DNA of 64,000 bases from an uncultured Porphyromonadaceae bacterium (GTDB taxonomy: Bacteria > Bacteroidota > Bacteroidia > Bacteroidales > Muribaculaceae): NCBI GenBank assembly GCA_947176295.1, contig CAMWQB010000001.1, positions 4,760 to 68,759 of the forward strand, read 5' to 3'. Below are positions 1 to 11,665 of the stretch, in pieces. Below the pieces are notes generated by a model, which saw only the letters and a list, made by a program, of their open reading frames with translations, was not told where the DNA came from and searched no databases. A program made the translations under genes and the position numbers. Within the stretch, counting starts at the first letter, position 1. Each line of letters begins with the position of its first letter.

Positions 1-123
1 GCGCATCTTGCCCGAAATATGAGCCGTGATCTCATGCCCGTTCTCAAGTTCAACCCGGAACATCGCATTGCTCAAAGCCTCTACGATTGTGCCGTCCTGT
101 TCGATTGCTGACTGCTTTGCCAT
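1..123 (-). CDS. infA: Translation initiation factor IF-1, 5' part (runs off the window start)
   Basis: Manual translation [41 protein letters not shown]; follows map as in the spc operon tail. Confidence 0.95.
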   Translation of the reverse strand, partial: MAKQSAIEQDGTIVEALSNAMFRVELENGHEITAHISGKMR

Positions 124-146
124 GTATGTGCCTTTTGTTTGATTCC

Positions 147-929
147 TCAGATAAATCTCTCGCCCAGCGACGCCTCGATATAATCGAAAGTCGTCAGGAT
201 CTCTACCTCATCGTTCCGGATAGCGATCGTATGCTCATAGTGCGCCGAAGGCTTGTGGTCACGCGTCATGCACTCCCACCCGTTCCGGGCGATCACTACA
301 TTACGCGAACCCATGTTCACCATAGGCTCTATGCAGATACACATCCCGTTGCGGATCACAGGCCCGATGCCTCGGCGCCCATAGTTCGGAACCTCTGGCT
401 CCTCATGCATGCTCCGCCCGATTCCATGGCCCGTCATCTCGCGCACAAGCGAATAATTCCGCCGCTCGCAATAAGTCTGCACCGCATTCGCGATATCACC
501 GATACGCCCGCCAACTCGACAAGCACGGATTCCCTCATAGAGAGCCTCCTTCGTCGTCCGGCAAAGAGCCATCTTCTCAGGCGAAATCTCGCCCACCGCA
601 AACGTATAGCAGCTGTCGCCCATGAAACCATCCTTCTCGACTACCGTATCAAACCCCACGATGTCCCCGTCACGCAGCTCATACCCCGAAGGGAATCCAT
701 GAACCACCGTATCGTTGACCTCCACGCAGAGCGTCCCCGGAAAACCGTGGTAGCCAAGACACGCAGGCTTGCCTCCATTGTCCAGGATAAACTCCCGCGC
801 AATCTGGTCAATCCGCCGTGTCGACTCCCCCGGACGCACCCACTTGGCAACCTCGCCAAGCACCTGCGACACAAGCGTAGACGCTCCGCGCATACGCTCG
901 ATTTCTTCCGGTGTCTTAAGATATATCAT
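147..929 (-). CDS. map: Type I methionine aminopeptidase
   Basis: VVHG, GHGIG..HEEP, EPM and EHT metal-site motifs; start moved to MIYLKT (ATG at 929); position after secY. Confidence 0.95.
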   Translation of the reverse strand: MIYLKTPEEIERMRGASTLVSQVLGEVAKWVRPGESTRRIDQIAREFILDNGGKPACLGYHGFPGTLCVEVNDTVVHGFPSGYELRDGDIVGFDTVVEKDGFMGDSCYTFAVGEISPEKMALCRTTKEALYEGIRACRVGGRIGDIANAVQTYCERRNYSLVREMTGHGIGRSMHEEPEVPNYGRRGIGPVIRNGMCICIEPMVNMGSRNVVIARNGWECMTRDHKPSAHYEHTIAIRNDEVEILTTFDYIEASLGERFI

Positions 930-1058
930 CTCGTTTCGATCTTGGGTAATGTTTCTATTTCTTTCGTCCGCTGCCCCCGCAGCCCTTTGCAGCCCCACGA
1001 GCGCGGACACCGGCGGCGAGAAGCCCTGTTCAGCCTCTCACCGCCATTTCCTTTTGTG

Positions 1059-2408
1059 TCAATAAGCCGAGCCGGTCGTGCGTCCCTTGATCTTGCCCTC
1101 CTTCATCAGGCCGTCATAGTGGTGCATCATCAGATGCGACTCAACCTGCTGAAGAGTGTCAAGAACAACGCCCACCATAATCAGCAACGATGTGCCGCCG
1201 AAGAACTGAGCGAAATTCTGGCTTATACCAAAGAAACGCGCAAAAGCCGGTAATATTGCTACGATGCCAAGGAAAATCGACCCCGGCAGCGTAATGCGGC
1301 TCATGATGGCATCAAGATACTCCTCCGTCTTCTTGCCGGGCTTTACACCCGGGATAAATCCATTGTTGCGCTTCATGTTCTCAGCCATATCCTTCGGACG
1401 GACCGTGATTGCCGTATAGAAATACGTAAACGCCACAATCAGAATAAAGAAGACAAAATTATACCAGAAGCCGTTGATGTCCGTGAACGCATGGAAGAAA
1501 CCCGTCTCCCCGCCGCGGAAACCGCTGAAGGCCATCGGGATAAACATGATAGCCTGCGCAAAGATGATAGGCATAACACCCGCAGCATTCACCTTCAGAG
1601 GGATATACTGCCGAGCACCACCATACTGGCGGTTCCCGACGATACGCTTCGCATACTGCACAGGCACCTTGCGCGTGCCCTGCACAAGCAGAACAGCTCC
1701 TACCGTTACGGCAAAAAGAAGAACAATCTCGATGATAAACATCACAAGACCGCCCTGAGAGCCCGATGCTCCCGGCAGACGGCTGATGAACTCATACGAA
1801 AGCGCTCCCGGAAGACGGGCTATGATACCCACCAGAATGATGAACGAAATACCATTGCCGATACCACGGTCAGTGATACGCTCGCCAAGCCACATGATGA
1901 ACATCGAGCCCGCGGTCAGGATAATCGTCAGATAAACCGTCGTCCAGAACCCCATATGGAGCCCGAGACCACCGGCCGCCGACGACGCCTGAATCTGAAG
2001 GTTGATAAGGTACGAAGGAGCCTGAAGGAACAGAATCACCACCGTAAGATAACGAGTGTACTGATTCAGCTTCTGTCGGCCGCTCTCGCCCTCACGCTGC
2101 ATCTTCTGGAACGACGGAAGAATCATCCCGCACAGCTGGATCACAATCGAAGCCGTGATGTAAGGCATAATTCCAAGTGCAAAGATCGACGCCTGAGAGA
2201 AAGCGCCGCCCGAGAACATATCCAGCAGCTGCATCAGACCACTCTTGTTCGTAAACGAAGCAAGAGCATCGATCGCCGACGGAGAAATCCCCGGAAGCAC
2301 CACATAGCAGCCCAAGCGATAGATCAGCACCAGCAGAAGCGTGATGCCGATCCTGTCGCGGAGCTCCTTGATCGACCAGATATTTTTTATCGTGTCTGTG
2401 AATCGCAT
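1059..2408 (-). CDS. secY: Preprotein translocase SecY
   Basis: Multi-TM protein with SIFALGIMPYITASI, GIGNGIS and PGVKPG motifs; start moved to MRFTDT (2408). Confidence 0.97.
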   Translation of the reverse strand: MRFTDTIKNIWSIKELRDRIGITLLLVLIYRLGCYVVLPGISPSAIDALASFTNKSGLMQLLDMFSGGAFSQASIFALGIMPYITASIVIQLCGMILPSFQKMQREGESGRQKLNQYTRYLTVVILFLQAPSYLINLQIQASSAAGGLGLHMGFWTTVYLTIILTAGSMFIMWLGERITDRGIGNGISFIILVGIIARLPGALSYEFISRLPGASGSQGGLVMFIIEIVLLFAVTVGAVLLVQGTRKVPVQYAKRIVGNRQYGGARQYIPLKVNAAGVMPIIFAQAIMFIPMAFSGFRGGETGFFHAFTDINGFWYNFVFFILIVAFTYFYTAITVRPKDMAENMKRNNGFIPGVKPGKKTEEYLDAIMSRITLPGSIFLGIVAILPAFARFFGISQNFAQFFGGTSLLIMVGVVLDTLQQVESHLMMHHYDGLMKEGKIKGRTTGSAY

Positions 2409-2412
2409 GAGA

Positions 2413-2859
2413 TCAGAGGGTGTTTGCCTGGCCGCCGGCTGCCTCGATAGCAGCCTTCGCTGCTGCCGAGAACGCATTTGCTTCCACGGTCAGGGCGCGA
2501 GTTACAGCGCCATTGCCCAGAACCTTGGCAAGCTGGTTGCGACGCAGATAACCTGCAGCACGCAGCTCCTCAAGGCCCACCTTCTCGAGATTCCGGGCCG
2601 TAGCCACTGCCTCGATAAGATCGAGATTGATCGCTTTATATTCTACGCGGTTGATATTCTTGAATCCGAACTTCGGAAGACGACGCTGAAGGGGCATCTG
2701 GCCACCCTCAAAACCGATCTTGCGGCTGTAGCCCGAACGCGACTTGGCGCCCTTGTGGCCGCGGGTCGACGTCCCGCCCTTGCCGCTGCCTGCGCCGCGG
2801 CCAACGCGAGTCTTCCTCTTTACAGAGCCCGGTGCGGGCTGAAGATTGCTTAAGTCCAT
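2413..2859 (-). CDS. rplO: 50S ribosomal protein L15
   Basis: GRGAGSGKGGTSTRGHKG and GFEGGQMPLQRRLPK motifs. Confidence 0.97.
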   Translation of the reverse strand: MDLSNLQPAPGSVKRKTRVGRGAGSGKGGTSTRGHKGAKSRSGYSRKIGFEGGQMPLQRRLPKFGFKNINRVEYKAINLDLIEAVATARNLEKVGLEELRAAGYLRRNQLAKVLGNGAVTRALTVEANAFSAAAKAAIEAAGGQANTL

Positions 2860-2901
2860 CTCTGTTTTTATATTCTTGGTTTATTGTTCGTTAATTATTT
2901 C

Positions 2902-3081
2902 TCAAGCCTCAGTTACAGTTACAAGGTGGTGCACTGCCTGAACCATACCCATCACCGAAGGAGTAGCCTCCTTCACAACAGAATGGTTCATCTTCTTAAG
3001 CCCGAGAGCGTCGAGAGTACGCTTCTGCACTGCAGGACAGTTGATGCGGCTCTTCGTCTGCGTGATCTTTATCTTTGCCAT
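2902..3081 (-). CDS. rpmD: 50S ribosomal protein L30 (59 aa, below the ORF-track cutoff)
   Basis: Manual translation MAKIKITQTKSRINCPAVQKRTLDALGLKKMNHSVVKEATPSVMGMVQAVHHLVTVTEA; lies between rpsE and rplO. Confidence 0.93.
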   Translation of the reverse strand: MAKIKITQTKSRINCPAVQKRTLDALGLKKMNHSVVKEATPSVMGMVQAVHHLVTVTEA

Positions 3082-3119
3082 TGTTGTCTCAAATTTTTTA
3101 GATCGTTTTCATTTCAGGC

Positions 3120-3638
3120 TCAGCCCTTGAACACCTGCTCAACCGAGATGCCGCGGTTCTGCGCTACCTGCGCCGGCGAACGCATCTCATCAAGAGCCGC
3201 AATCGTAGCCTTCACAAGATTGTGAGGATTCGACGAACCCTTGCTCTTGGCAAGAACGTCTGTGATACCGACGCTCTCAAGCACGGCACGCATAGCGCCA
3301 CCGGCCTTCACGCCCGTACCATGGCTCGCAGGCTTCAGGATGATGCGCGAACCTCCGAACTTGGCCACCTGCTCGTGAGGAATCGTACCCTTGTGAACAG
3401 GAACCTTGATCAGATTCTTCTTCGCAGCCTCCACGCCCTTGGCGATAGCTGCCTGCACTTCATTTGCCTTGCCGAGGCCCCAGCCCACGATGCCATTCTC
3501 ATTGCCTACAACGACAATAGCTGCAAACGTGAACGTGCGGCCACCCTTCGTCACCTTCGTTACGCGGTTGATGGCCACAAGACGATCCTTAAGCTCAAGA
3601 TCGCCCGTCGACTTTACACGGTTATTTCTCTTTGCCAT
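3120..3638 (-). CDS. rpsE: 30S ribosomal protein S5
   Basis: [14 protein letters not shown] and [11 protein letters not shown] motifs. Confidence 0.97.
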   Translation of the reverse strand: MAKRNNRVKSTGDLELKDRLVAINRVTKVTKGGRTFTFAAIVVVGNENGIVGWGLGKANEVQAAIAKGVEAAKKNLIKVPVHKGTIPHEQVAKFGGSRIILKPASHGTGVKAGGAMRAVLESVGITDVLAKSKGSSNPHNLVKATIAALDEMRSPAQVAQNRGISVEQVFKG

Positions 3639-3643
3639 ATCTC

Positions 3644-3985
3644 TTAGAATTTAAGACCGGCCTCGCGCGCAGCGTCAGCCAGCGATTTTACTCGACCGTG
3701 GAAAAGATAACCGTTACGGTCAAATACTACTTCCGTAATGCCGGCCTCAAGGGCCTTCTTGGCGGCTTCCTTGCCTACCTGAGCAGCGATCTCGGTCTTC
3801 GTGCCTTCCTCAAGGCCCTTCGACGATGCCGACACAAGCGTTACTCCTGCCAGATCATCAATGAACTGTACGTAAATCTGCTTGTTGCTGCGGAAGACGG
3901 TCATGCGCGGACGCTCGGCGGTGCCGGAAATCTTGCCGCGGATGCGCATCTTGATTTTATTCCTTCTTTGTATCTTGGAGAACAT
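3644..3985 (-). CDS. rplR: 50S ribosomal protein L18
   Basis: [10 protein letters not shown] and [23 protein letters not shown] motifs. Confidence 0.97.
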   Translation of the reverse strand: MFSKIQRRNKIKMRIRGKISGTAERPRMTVFRSNKQIYVQFIDDLAGVTLVSASSKGLEEGTKTEIAAQVGKEAAKKALEAGITEVVFDRNGYLFHGRVKSLADAAREAGLKF

Positions 3986-4003
3986 AGTATGATGCGTTTA
4001 ATA

Positions 4004-4561
4004 TTATTTGGCACCGGCCTTCTTACCGGACTTGCGGCGGATAACCTCGCCGACAAACTTGATACCCTTACCCTTGTAAGGCTCAGGCTTGCGGAGCGAA
4101 CGGATCTTAGCGCATACCTGGCCAAGAAGCTGCTTGTCGTCAGAGCTCAGGATGATCAGAGGATTCTTATTGCGCTCGCTCTTTGCCTCCACCTTCACCT
4201 CAGGCGGAAGCTTGATATAGATTGCATGGGAGAAACCAAGCGACAGCTCCAGCACCTGGCCCGTTGCCGTTGCACGATAGCCCACGCCTACCAGTTCCAT
4301 TTCCTTGCGGTAGCCTTCAGACACACCCACAACCATGTTGTGGATCAGCGCACGGAAAAGTCCGTGCTGCGCGCGATGCTCGCGGTCGTCCGACGGACGC
4401 TTCAACACTACGTGCCCGTCCTCTACCGACACTTCAATATCAGGGCTCACTGCCTGCTTGAGCTCGCCCAGCTTGCCCTTGACGGTTACTACATTATCCT
4501 TGTCAACCGTCACGGTTACGCCTGCCGGAAGAGCAATGGGTGCTTTACCTATTCTTGACAT
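4004..4561 (-). CDS. rplF: 50S ribosomal protein L6
   Basis: MSRIGK start and RKPEPYKGKGI motif. Confidence 0.97.
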   Translation of the reverse strand: MSRIGKAPIALPAGVTVTVDKDNVVTVKGKLGELKQAVSPDIEVSVEDGHVVLKRPSDDREHRAQHGLFRALIHNMVVGVSEGYRKEMELVGVGYRATATGQVLELSLGFSHAIYIKLPPEVKVEAKSERNKNPLIILSSDDKQLLGQVCAKIRSLRKPEPYKGKGIKFVGEVIRRKSGKKAGAK

Positions 4562-4592
4562 AATCTTATTCCTTTTTTAACGGTTGGCTTTA

Positions 4593-4991
4593 TTAATATA
4601 CGTAGCACAGTACTTCGCCGCCTACCTTCAGGTCGGCAGCCTTCTTGTTGGTCATAACTCCCTTCGACGTCGAAAGGATAGCCACACCAAGCCCGTTCAG
4701 CACACGCGGCATGTCCTTGTAGCCCGTATACTGGCGGAGACCCGGACGAGACACTCGCTTCAGCCCCTTGATGGCATTCACGCGGTCTACCGGATCATAC
4801 TTCAGAGCGATCTTGATGACGCCTGCAGGCGTCTCGCCCTCGATAAACTTGTAATTGAGGATATAGCCCTGCTCGAAGAGAATACGTGTAATCTCCTTCT
4901 TAAGGTTCGAGGCAGGAACTTCAACCACGCGGTGGCCCGCCTTGATGGCGTTCCTCAGTCTGGTCAGATAATCTGCTATTGGATCAGTCAT
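4593..4991 (-). CDS. rpsH: 30S ribosomal protein S8
   Basis: MTDPIADYLTRLRNA, SRPGLRQY and STSKGVMT motifs. Confidence 0.97.
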   Translation of the reverse strand: MTDPIADYLTRLRNAIKAGHRVVEVPASNLKKEITRILFEQGYILNYKFIEGETPAGVIKIALKYDPVDRVNAIKGLKRVSRPGLRQYTGYKDMPRVLNGLGVAILSTSKGVMTNKKAADLKVGGEVLCYVY

Positions 4992-5236
4992 TGTTGTTGT
5001 GTTGGTCTTTAAATTGATTGAGCCCTGGCTACGGCCTCCGGATCAAGAGGCTATCCGCCGTAACAGTAGTTGGGAGGAAGGAGCGGAGGCCCCTGCGTCC
5101 GGCCGGCACGTGGCGGCTCAACAATATTTAATAAACTCTCTCTCGATCTTTGGGCTGCGGCCCAATGTCCCCTCCGGGGGATTCTGGCCGCCGCCGGGGG
5201 CGGATCGGGTTCAGCTGGTGCGAGAGCAGGGATTTT

Positions 5237-5548
5237 TTACCAGCTGGCCTTCTTTACTCCGGGAATCAGACCCGCAGACGCCATCTCGCGGAACTGAATG
5301 CGCGAAATGCCGAACTGCCGCATGTAGCCCTTCGGACGGCCCGTGATCGAGCAACGGTTGTGCTTGCGGATGTACGAAGAGTTCTTGGGCAGGCTCTGCA
5401 GCTTCTGCGCAGCCTCGTATGCCTCAGCACGATTCTCCTCGTCCCGTCCCGAATTCACGATCTTCTTCAGCTCGGCACGGCGCTGCGCATACTTGGCCAC
5501 CAAACGGTCGCGCTTCACTTCGCGCGCCTTCATCGATTCTTTAGCCAT
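5237..5548 (-). CDS. rpsN: 30S ribosomal protein S14 (long, zinc-independent type)
   Basis: [24 protein letters not shown]; lacks the CxxC pairs. Confidence 0.96.
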   Translation of the reverse strand: MAKESMKAREVKRDRLVAKYAQRRAELKKIVNSGRDEENRAEAYEAAQKLQSLPKNSSYIRKHNRCSITGRPKGYMRQFGISRIQFREMASAGLIPGVKKASW

Positions 5549-5562
5549 AGGGGATGCTTAAT

Positions 5563-6111
5563 TTATTTTTTTGCATTCTTGAAGGGCAGACCGAACTGCT
5601 TCAGCAGCTCATATCCCTCTTCGTCCGTCTTGGCAGACGTTACGAAAGTGATGTTCATACCCATCAGCTTGTTGATGTTGTCAATGTTGATTTCCGGGAA
5701 GATAATCTGCTCGGTGATACCGAGAGTGTAGTTCCCGCGGCCGTCCAGCTTGCCTTCAATGCCCTTGAAGTCGCGGATACGCGGAAGAGCCACACGGATC
5801 AGACGCTCCAGAAATTCATACATGCGGTCGCGGCGAAGTGTCACCATCACACCGATAGGCATCTTCTTGCGTACCTTGAAATTCGAAATATCCTTCTTCG
5901 AGAGAGTAGCAACAGCCTTCTGGCCCGTGATGGCCGTAAGCTCGTTGATCGCCGTCTCGATGAGCTTCTTGTCCTGAGTTGCCGCGCCAAGACCCTGATT
6001 GATGACAATCTTCTCAAGGCGGGGAACCTGCATCACCGTCGAGTAGTTGAACTCCTTCTCAAGGGCAGGTACAATGCGCTCCTTATAGTCTTTGCTGAGT
6101 GTTGTGCTCAT
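5563..6111 (-). CDS. rplE: 50S ribosomal protein L5
   Basis: [20 protein letters not shown] and DGRGNY motifs. Confidence 0.97.
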   Translation of the reverse strand: MSTTLSKDYKERIVPALEKEFNYSTVMQVPRLEKIVINQGLGAATQDKKLIETAINELTAITGQKAVATLSKKDISNFKVRKKMPIGVMVTLRRDRMYEFLERLIRVALPRIRDFKGIEGKLDGRGNYTLGITEQIIFPEINIDNINKLMGMNITFVTSAKTDEEGYELLKQFGLPFKNAKK

Positions 6112-6116
6112 GTCTT

Positions 6117-6434
6117 TTACTTGATTACCTCGTTGGATTTAACTGCCACACGAACCTTCTTGCCGTCCTTGCGCTCGATGCGGATGCGAGTAGGCTTGCC
6201 CGACTTCGGGTCAAGAACTGCGATGTTCGAGATGTGGATGGGTGCCTCCTTCTTGATAAGGCCCCCCTGGGGATACTGGGCCGTAGGCTTCGTAGCCTTC
6301 GTCATCATGTTCACGCCCTCGACAATAGCACGCATCTTCTTGCGGTCTACCTCGAGCACGCGGCCCTGCTTGCCACGGTCCTCACCGGAGAGAACCTGCA
6401 CCATATCCCCCTTCTTAATGTTGATCTTGCTCAT
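6117..6434 (-). CDS. rplX: 50S ribosomal protein L24
   Basis: [18 protein letters not shown] (KOW) and EAPIHISN motifs. Confidence 0.97.
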   Translation of the reverse strand: MSKINIKKGDMVQVLSGEDRGKQGRVLEVDRKKMRAIVEGVNMMTKATKPTAQYPQGGLIKKEAPIHISNIAVLDPKSGKPTRIRIERKDGKKVRVAVKSNEVIK

Positions 6435-6455
6435 TGCTATAGCTCAAAGGGTAGA

Positions 6456-6821
6456 TTACAGCACCTCGGGTGCCAGTGAGACAATCTTCATGTTCGTGCC
6501 GCGGAGCTCACGAGCTACCGGCCCGAAAATACGTGTGCCGCGAAGCTCGCCGGCATTGTTCAGAAGCACGCACGCATTATCGTCGAAACGGATATATGAC
6601 CCGTCCGGACGACGGATTTCCTTGTTCGTGCGCACTACTACTGCCTTCGATACCGTGCCCTTCTTTACATCAGAGCCCGGAATTACGCTCTTCACAGACA
6701 CAACGATGATATCGCCAACCGATGCATAACGTCGGCCGGTGCCTCCGAGTACGTGGATGCACAATGCTTCCTTTGCGCCGGAATTGTCGGCGACCGTGAG
6801 GCGGGATTCTGTCTGGATCAT
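6456..6821 (-). CDS. rplN: 50S ribosomal protein L14
   Basis: VADNSGA, IRFDDNA and [10 protein letters not shown] motifs. Confidence 0.97.
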   Translation of the reverse strand: MIQTESRLTVADNSGAKEALCIHVLGGTGRRYASVGDIIVVSVKSVIPGSDVKKGTVSKAVVVRTNKEIRRPDGSYIRFDDNACVLLNNAGELRGTRIFGPVARELRGTNMKIVSLAPEVL

Positions 6822-6823
6822 GT

Positions 6824-7084
6824 TTATTTAACTTTTTCTATGATTTCTACTAATCTCCAGCGCTTGGTCTTGCTGAGAGGACGCGTCTCCATCAGACGCA
6901 CCGTGTCGCCGACCGAGCATTCGTTGTTCTCATCGTGGGCGTGATACTTCTTCGTCTTGTTCACGAACTTTCCGTAGATAGGATGCTTCTCCTTCCACTT
7001 GATCGTTACTGTGATCGACTTGTCGCCCTTGTTGCTGGATACAACGCCGATGCGCTCTTTGCGCAGATTTCTTTTTTCTTCCAT
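6824..7084 (-). CDS. rpsQ: 30S ribosomal protein S17
   Basis: HPIYGK, HAHDE and [11 protein letters not shown] motifs. Confidence 0.97.
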   Translation of the reverse strand: MEEKRNLRKERIGVVSSNKGDKSITVTIKWKEKHPIYGKFVNKTKKYHAHDENNECSVGDTVRLMETRPLSKTKRWRLVEIIEKVK

Positions 7085-7107
7085 TAGTGTTGTAGCGTTC
7101 AGGGGGA

Positions 7108-7305
7108 TTACTTGTTGTTAAGCTCGCGCTGACGAAGCTCGGTCTTCACACGCGCAATCATACGGCGGTCTGCCGTGATTTTTGCAGGATTATCCAGAGG
7201 AGTCACAGCATGATTGATCGTCATCTGACGATACTCCTTCTCCATCTGCACCAGACGCTCACGCAGATCCGCGGTCGTCATCTCTTTGATTTCTTCTTTC
7301 TTCAT
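7108..7305 (-). CDS. rpmC: 50S ribosomal protein L29
   Basis: 65 aa with IARVKTEL; lies between rplP and rpsQ. Confidence 0.93.
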   Translation of the reverse strand: MKKEEIKEMTTADLRERLVQMEKEYRQMTINHAVTPLDNPAKITADRRMIARVKTELRQRELNNK

Positions 7306-7311
7306 GGCCCT

Positions 7312-7743
7312 TTACACGTTTTGAGTCGGATCATAATCGCGGCGTACCACAAACTTCGTGACCACCGGCAGCTTCTGCGCTGCAAGGCGAAGTGCTTCCT
7401 TCGCAATGTCGTAGCTCACGCCCTCGACCTCCAGTATGATGCGGCCCGGAGTTACAGGCGCTACGAATCCTTCAGGATTACCCTTACCTTTACCCATGCG
7501 GACCTCCGCAGGCTTCTTCGTGATAGGCTTGTCCGGGAAGATTCGGATCCAGATCTGGCCCTGACGCTGCATGTAGCGCGTCACCGCAATACGTGCGGCC
7601 TCTATCTGGCGGCCGGTGATCCACTTGCTCTCAAGGGTCTTGATGCCGAACGAACCGAACGCCAGCGAATTCCCTCGCTGCGCATTGCCCTTCATGCGGC
7701 CCTTCTGCGCGCGGCGGAACTTGGTTTTCTTTGGTTGTAACAT
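7312..7743 (-). CDS. rplP: 50S ribosomal protein L16
   Basis: [20 protein letters not shown] and RMGKGKG motifs. Confidence 0.97.
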   Translation of the reverse strand: MLQPKKTKFRRAQKGRMKGNAQRGNSLAFGSFGIKTLESKWITGRQIEAARIAVTRYMQRQGQIWIRIFPDKPITKKPAEVRMGKGKGNPEGFVAPVTPGRIILEVEGVSYDIAKEALRLAAQKLPVVTKFVVRRDYDPTQNV

Positions 7744-7776
7744 TGTCTGTGAATGTCTTCTTCTGAGGTTCTACTT

Positions 7777-8517
7777 TTACTTTTTGCCACCACGGCTGAA
7801 TCCACCGCGACGGCCGCCGCGCTCGCGACGCTCGCCACCGTTGCTGCGGCCTTCCTTCTGTGTGTTGGTGAACTGAGGCGCAAGATCACGCTTGCCATAG
7901 ACTTCGCCACGGCAGATCCAAACCTTCACGCCGATCACACCCACCTTCGTGTGGGCCTCAACAAGAGCATAGTCGATGTCCGCACGAAGAGTGTGCAGCG
8001 GAGTGCGACCCTCCTTGAACATCTCCGAACGTGCAATTTCAGCACCGTTCAGACGGCCCGAAACCTGCACCTTCACGCCCTCGGCACCCGCACGCATCGT
8101 CGACGCGATAGCCATCTTGATGGCACGGCGGTAAGCCACCTTACCCTCGATCTGGCGAGCAATGCTCGATGCCACGATCTGAGCGTCGAGCTCAGGACGC
8201 TTCACCTCGTAGATGTTGATCTGGACATCCTTGTCCGTGATCTTCTTCAGCTCTTCCTTCAGCTTCTCGACCTCCTGGCCGCCCTTGCCGATGATAAGGC
8301 CCGGACGAGAGGTGCACACTGTGATGGTGATGAGCTTGAGCGTACGCTCGATGACAATGCGCGATACACTGCACTTGGCAAGACGCACATTCAGATATTC
8401 GCGGAGCTTGTAGTCCTCGAGAATATTGGCGGGATATTTGCCCTTTTCAGACCAGTTGGAGTCCCAACCGCGAATCACGCCAAGGCGGTTGCTGATAGGA
8501 TTTACTTTCTGTCCCAT
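7777..8517 (-). CDS. rpsC: 30S ribosomal protein S3
   Basis: [13 protein letters not shown] and [14 protein letters not shown] motifs. Confidence 0.97.
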   Translation of the reverse strand: MGQKVNPISNRLGVIRGWDSNWSEKGKYPANILEDYKLREYLNVRLAKCSVSRIVIERTLKLITITVCTSRPGLIIGKGGQEVEKLKEELKKITDKDVQINIYEVKRPELDAQIVASSIARQIEGKVAYRRAIKMAIASTMRAGAEGVKVQVSGRLNGAEIARSEMFKEGRTPLHTLRADIDYALVEAHTKVGVIGVKVWICRGEVYGKRDLAPQFTNTQKEGRSNGGERRERGGRRGGFSRGGKK

Positions 8518-8525
8518 ATCTTAGG

Positions 8526-8942
8526 TTAAGCCTCGCTGGTTTTTACTTTGTTATCAATGGCGTCTACAATCACCGTTACGTGATTGGCACGCTTGCGGAT
8601 GCGGTAGCCGCGGCCCTGAGGTGCCGTGCGCAGACGCTTCAGCATCGGCGCAGGATTCACGAAGATCGTCTGCACGTAGAGCTCGCCGCTCTGTGCCTTG
8701 CGTTCGTTCTTAGCCTCCCAGTTGGCAACGGCGCTCATCAGAAGCTTTTCCAGACGGGCTGCAGCCTCCTTATTGGAGAATTTGAGGATGCCGAGAGCGC
8801 GGAACACTTCCTTGCCGCGGATCATATCGGCAACCAGACGCATCTTGCGCGGAGACGTCGGAACGTTCGTCAGCTTTGCAAAAGCCACGCTCTTCAGCAT
8901 CTCCTTGCGATGGTCGGCTGTAAGTCTTTTTCTTTCACCCAT
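8526..8942 (-). CDS. rplV: 50S ribosomal protein L22
   Basis: [14 protein letters not shown] and [11 protein letters not shown] motifs. Confidence 0.96.
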   Translation of the reverse strand: MGERKRLTADHRKEMLKSVAFAKLTNVPTSPRKMRLVADMIRGKEVFRALGILKFSNKEAAARLEKLLMSAVANWEAKNERKAQSGELYVQTIFVNPAPMLKRLRTAPQGRGYRIRKRANHVTVIVDAIDNKVKTSEA

Positions 8943-8990
8943 TTTATTTGTTCGTCTTTTTTTTCAATTTAATGATTCGGGTCCCTCGGC

Positions 8991-9260
8991 TTACTTCTTC
9001 TTGTTGCCGGCGTGGCCGCGGAAGGTGCGGGTGGGAGCGAATTCTCCCAGCTTGTGGCCTACCATGTTCTCCGTAACATATACGGGAATGAACTTATTGC
9101 CATTATGCACGGCAAATGTGTGGCCTACGAATTCGGGCGCGATCATAGAGGCACGGCTCCACGTCTTGATGACGTTCTTCTTACCGCTGGCTTCCATGTC
9201 GGCGACTTTCTTCTCAAGCTTCACGCTGATGAAGGGGCCTTTTTTTAATGAACGGCTCAT
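8991..9260 (-). CDS. rpsS: 30S ribosomal protein S19
   Basis: [16 protein letters not shown] and [11 protein letters not shown] motifs. Confidence 0.97.
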   Translation of the reverse strand: MSRSLKKGPFISVKLEKKVADMEASGKKNVIKTWSRASMIAPEFVGHTFAVHNGNKFIPVYVTENMVGHKLGEFAPTRTFRGHAGNKKK

Positions 9261-9282
9261 ACTTTAAATTACGGAGTTAGAT

Positions 9283-10110
9283 TTACTTCTTTCTTCTTTC
9301 AATGATATACTTCGAAGAGTGCTTCTTGGGCGCACGCGTCTTGAGACCCTTGCTGTAAAGACCCTTGCGGCTGCGGGGATGGCCACCGGATGCGCGGCCT
9401 TCACCACCACCCATGGGGTGATCGACAGGGTTCATCACTACGCCGCGGTTGCGCGGACGACGGCCCAGCCAGCGGCTGCGGCCTGCCTTGCCCGAGCGCT
9501 CCAGAGAGTGCTCGCTGTTGCCTACAACACCAATGGTGGCCTTGCAGGTGGCAAGCACCTTGCGGGTTTCGCCCGAAGGAAGCTTGATAATCGCGTAATT
9601 TCCCTCACGGGAGATGAGCTGAGCGAAAGTGCCGGCCGAACGTGCCATGAATGCACCCTGGCCGGGGCGGAGTTCGATGTTGTGGATGACGGTGCCGACC
9701 GGAATCTTGTTCAACGGAAGTGCATTCCCGATTTCGGGGGCTGCTTCAGGGCCGGAAACTACCGTCGCACCTACCTCAAGGCCATTAGGGGCTATGATGT
9801 AGGTCTTGACGCCGTCCACGTAGTACAGAAGAGCGATACGCGCCGAACGGTTCGGATCATACTCGATGCTCTTTACAACTGCGGGGATGCCGTCGCGGTT
9901 TCTCTTAAAGTCTATGATGCGGTATGCCCGCTTGTGGCCACCACCAAGGTAACGAGTGGTGAGGTGTCCTTCGGCGTTGCGGCCGCCGGAGGCCTTTTTG
10001 CCGACTGTAAGAGATTTTTCCGGTGTTGTAGCAGTGATCGTACCTTTGAAAACACCGATAACTTTGTGTCGCTGCCCGGGGGTAGTGGGCTTGAATTTTC
10101 TTACTGCCAT
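9283..10110 (-). CDS. rplB: 50S ribosomal protein L2
   Basis: [10 protein letters not shown] and [14 protein letters not shown] motifs. Confidence 0.97.
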   Translation of the reverse strand: MAVRKFKPTTPGQRHKVIGVFKGTITATTPEKSLTVGKKASGGRNAEGHLTTRYLGGGHKRAYRIIDFKRNRDGIPAVVKSIEYDPNRSARIALLYYVDGVKTYIIAPNGLEVGATVVSGPEAAPEIGNALPLNKIPVGTVIHNIELRPGQGAFMARSAGTFAQLISREGNYAIIKLPSGETRKVLATCKATIGVVGNSEHSLERSGKAGRSRWLGRRPRNRGVVMNPVDHPMGGGEGRASGGHPRSRKGLYSKGLKTRAPKKHSSKYIIERRKK

Positions 10111-10116
10111 TGCTAT

Positions 10117-10407
10117 TTAGATGTTACTGAAAAAGTCGATGGTTTCGCCTTCGCCAACTGTAACGTATGCCTTCTTCCACTCATTGCTCTTGCCGCGGAG
10201 AAGACCGCTCTTGGTCCAGCGGCTCTTGTTCTTGCCACGGACTACGGCTGTGTTGACCTTTGCGACTTTCACGCCGTAGAGACTCTCTACAAGCGCCTTG
10301 ATCTGATACTTGTTGGCCTCGGGGGAAACACGGAACGTGAAGCAATTGCGCTTGTCCGAGCGCTTGGTTGCTCCTTCGGTGATGACGGGCTTGATTGTGA
10401 TATCCAT
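10117..10407 (-). CDS. rplW: 50S ribosomal protein L23
   Basis: PVITE, ANKYQIK and WKKAYV motifs. Confidence 0.96.
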   Translation of the reverse strand: MDITIKPVITEGATKRSDKRNCFTFRVSPEANKYQIKALVESLYGVKVAKVNTAVVRGKNKSRWTKSGLLRGKSNEWKKAYVTVGEGETIDFFSNI

Positions 10408-10428
10408 TGTCTTCTTTCTCCCTTGGGT

Positions 10429-11046
10429 TTAGATGTTATTAATCACAGCAAGGCCACTCTCCGTCAGGACGAGGGCATTGTTGTTCATTACTACATACGT
10501 GTTGATATCCGACGCTGTCATCAGACGCGCGCCGGGCACATTTCGCATCGACAAATATACGTCATTATTTTCTTTTCCCAAAACCACAAGCACCTTTTTG
10601 CCTTCAACTTTAAGATTTTTAGCAAAATTTATATATTCTTTAGTCTTGGGGCCGAACGTCAGGTCTTCAACGACGATGATGTCGCCGGCCTGCGCCTTCA
10701 GCGAGAGTGCGCTCTTGCGTGCCAGCTCCTTGAGCTTGCGGTTCAGCTTGAAACGATAGTCGCGCGGACGAGGACCGAATACTCGGCCACCGCCTACGAG
10801 TACGGGCGAGTTGATGTCGCCGATACGGCTGCCGCCGCCGCCCTTCTGCTTGTGAAGCTTGCGGGTAGAGCCGCTCACTTCCGAACGCTCCTTCGACTTG
10901 TGGGTGCCCTGACGATGGTTTGCGAGGTACTGCTTAACGTCGAGGTAGATGGCGTGCTCGTTGGGAACGATTGCAAACACCTCGTCGTTCAGCGTGGCTT
11001 TGCGGCCCGTTTCCTGGCCCTGCTGGTTGAATACTGCGAGTTCCAT
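10429..11046 (-). CDS. rplD: 50S ribosomal protein L4
   Basis: [16 protein letters not shown] and [11 protein letters not shown] motifs; start MELAV at 11046. Confidence 0.96.
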   Translation of the reverse strand: MELAVFNQQGQETGRKATLNDEVFAIVPNEHAIYLDVKQYLANHRQGTHKSKERSEVSGSTRKLHKQKGGGGSRIGDINSPVLVGGGRVFGPRPRDYRFKLNRKLKELARKSALSLKAQAGDIIVVEDLTFGPKTKEYINFAKNLKVEGKKVLVVLGKENNDVYLSMRNVPGARLMTASDINTYVVMNNNALVLTESGLAVINNI

Positions 11047-11047
11047 A

Positions 11048-11665
11048 TTACTTCTCAATTAAAACGATTGAACCTTTGCTGCCGGGTACAGAGCCCTTGA
11101 TCATCATAAGGTTGTGTTCGGGAATAATTTTTACAATCTGGAGGTTCTGGACCGTTACGCGCTCATTGCCCATCTGGCCGGCCATACGCATGCCCTTGAA
11201 CACCTTTGCGGGATACGAGCAGGCACCCACCGAACCGGGAGCACGAAGGCGGTTGTGCTGGCCGTGCGTGCTCTGGCCCACACCGCCGAAACCGTGGCGC
11301 TTTACTACACCCTGGAAGCCCTTACCCTTCGACGTGCCTACTACGTCGACGAACTCTGCGCCGTCGAAGAAGTCAACACCGATGGTGTCGCCCGGGGCAT
11401 ATTCGCCCTCAAAACCTTTGAACTCGGCCAAGTGACGCTTGGGTGCTACTCCGGCCTTCTTGAAGTGGCCCAGTTCAGGCTGAGTGAGGTGCTTCTCCTT
11501 CTCTTCCTCGAAACCGAGCTGGATGGCTTCATAGCCGTCCTTCTCCATTGTCTTGACCTGAGTAACGACACAAGGGCCTACTTCGATAACAGTGCACGGC
11601 ACATTCTTACCGTCGGCACTGAACACGGATGTCATTCCGATTTTCTTTCCAATTAATCCTGGCAT
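11048..11665 (-). CDS. rplC: 50S ribosomal protein L3
   Basis: [22 protein letters not shown] and GMRMAGQMG motifs. Confidence 0.97.
   Translation of the reverse strand: MPGLIGKKIGMTSVFSADGKNVPCTVIEVGPCVVTQVKTMEKDGYEAIQLGFEEEKEKHLTQPELGHFKKAGVAPKRHLAEFKGFEGEYAPGDTIGVDFFDGAEFVDVVGTSKGKGFQGVVKRHGFGGVGQSTHGQHNRLRAPGSVGACSYPAKVFKGMRMAGQMGNERVTVQNLQIVKIIPEHNLMMIKGSVPGSKGSIVLIEK

Noticed and set aside
5237-5548. Long, Cys-poor S14 as an unusual paralog
   Set aside because: The zinc-independent S14 in the spc operon is the normal form in Bacteroidales
9319-11100. 593-aa plus-strand ORF (and similar ORFs across 87-15349)
   Set aside because: Antisense shadows of highly biased ribosomal-protein, fusA and secY genes
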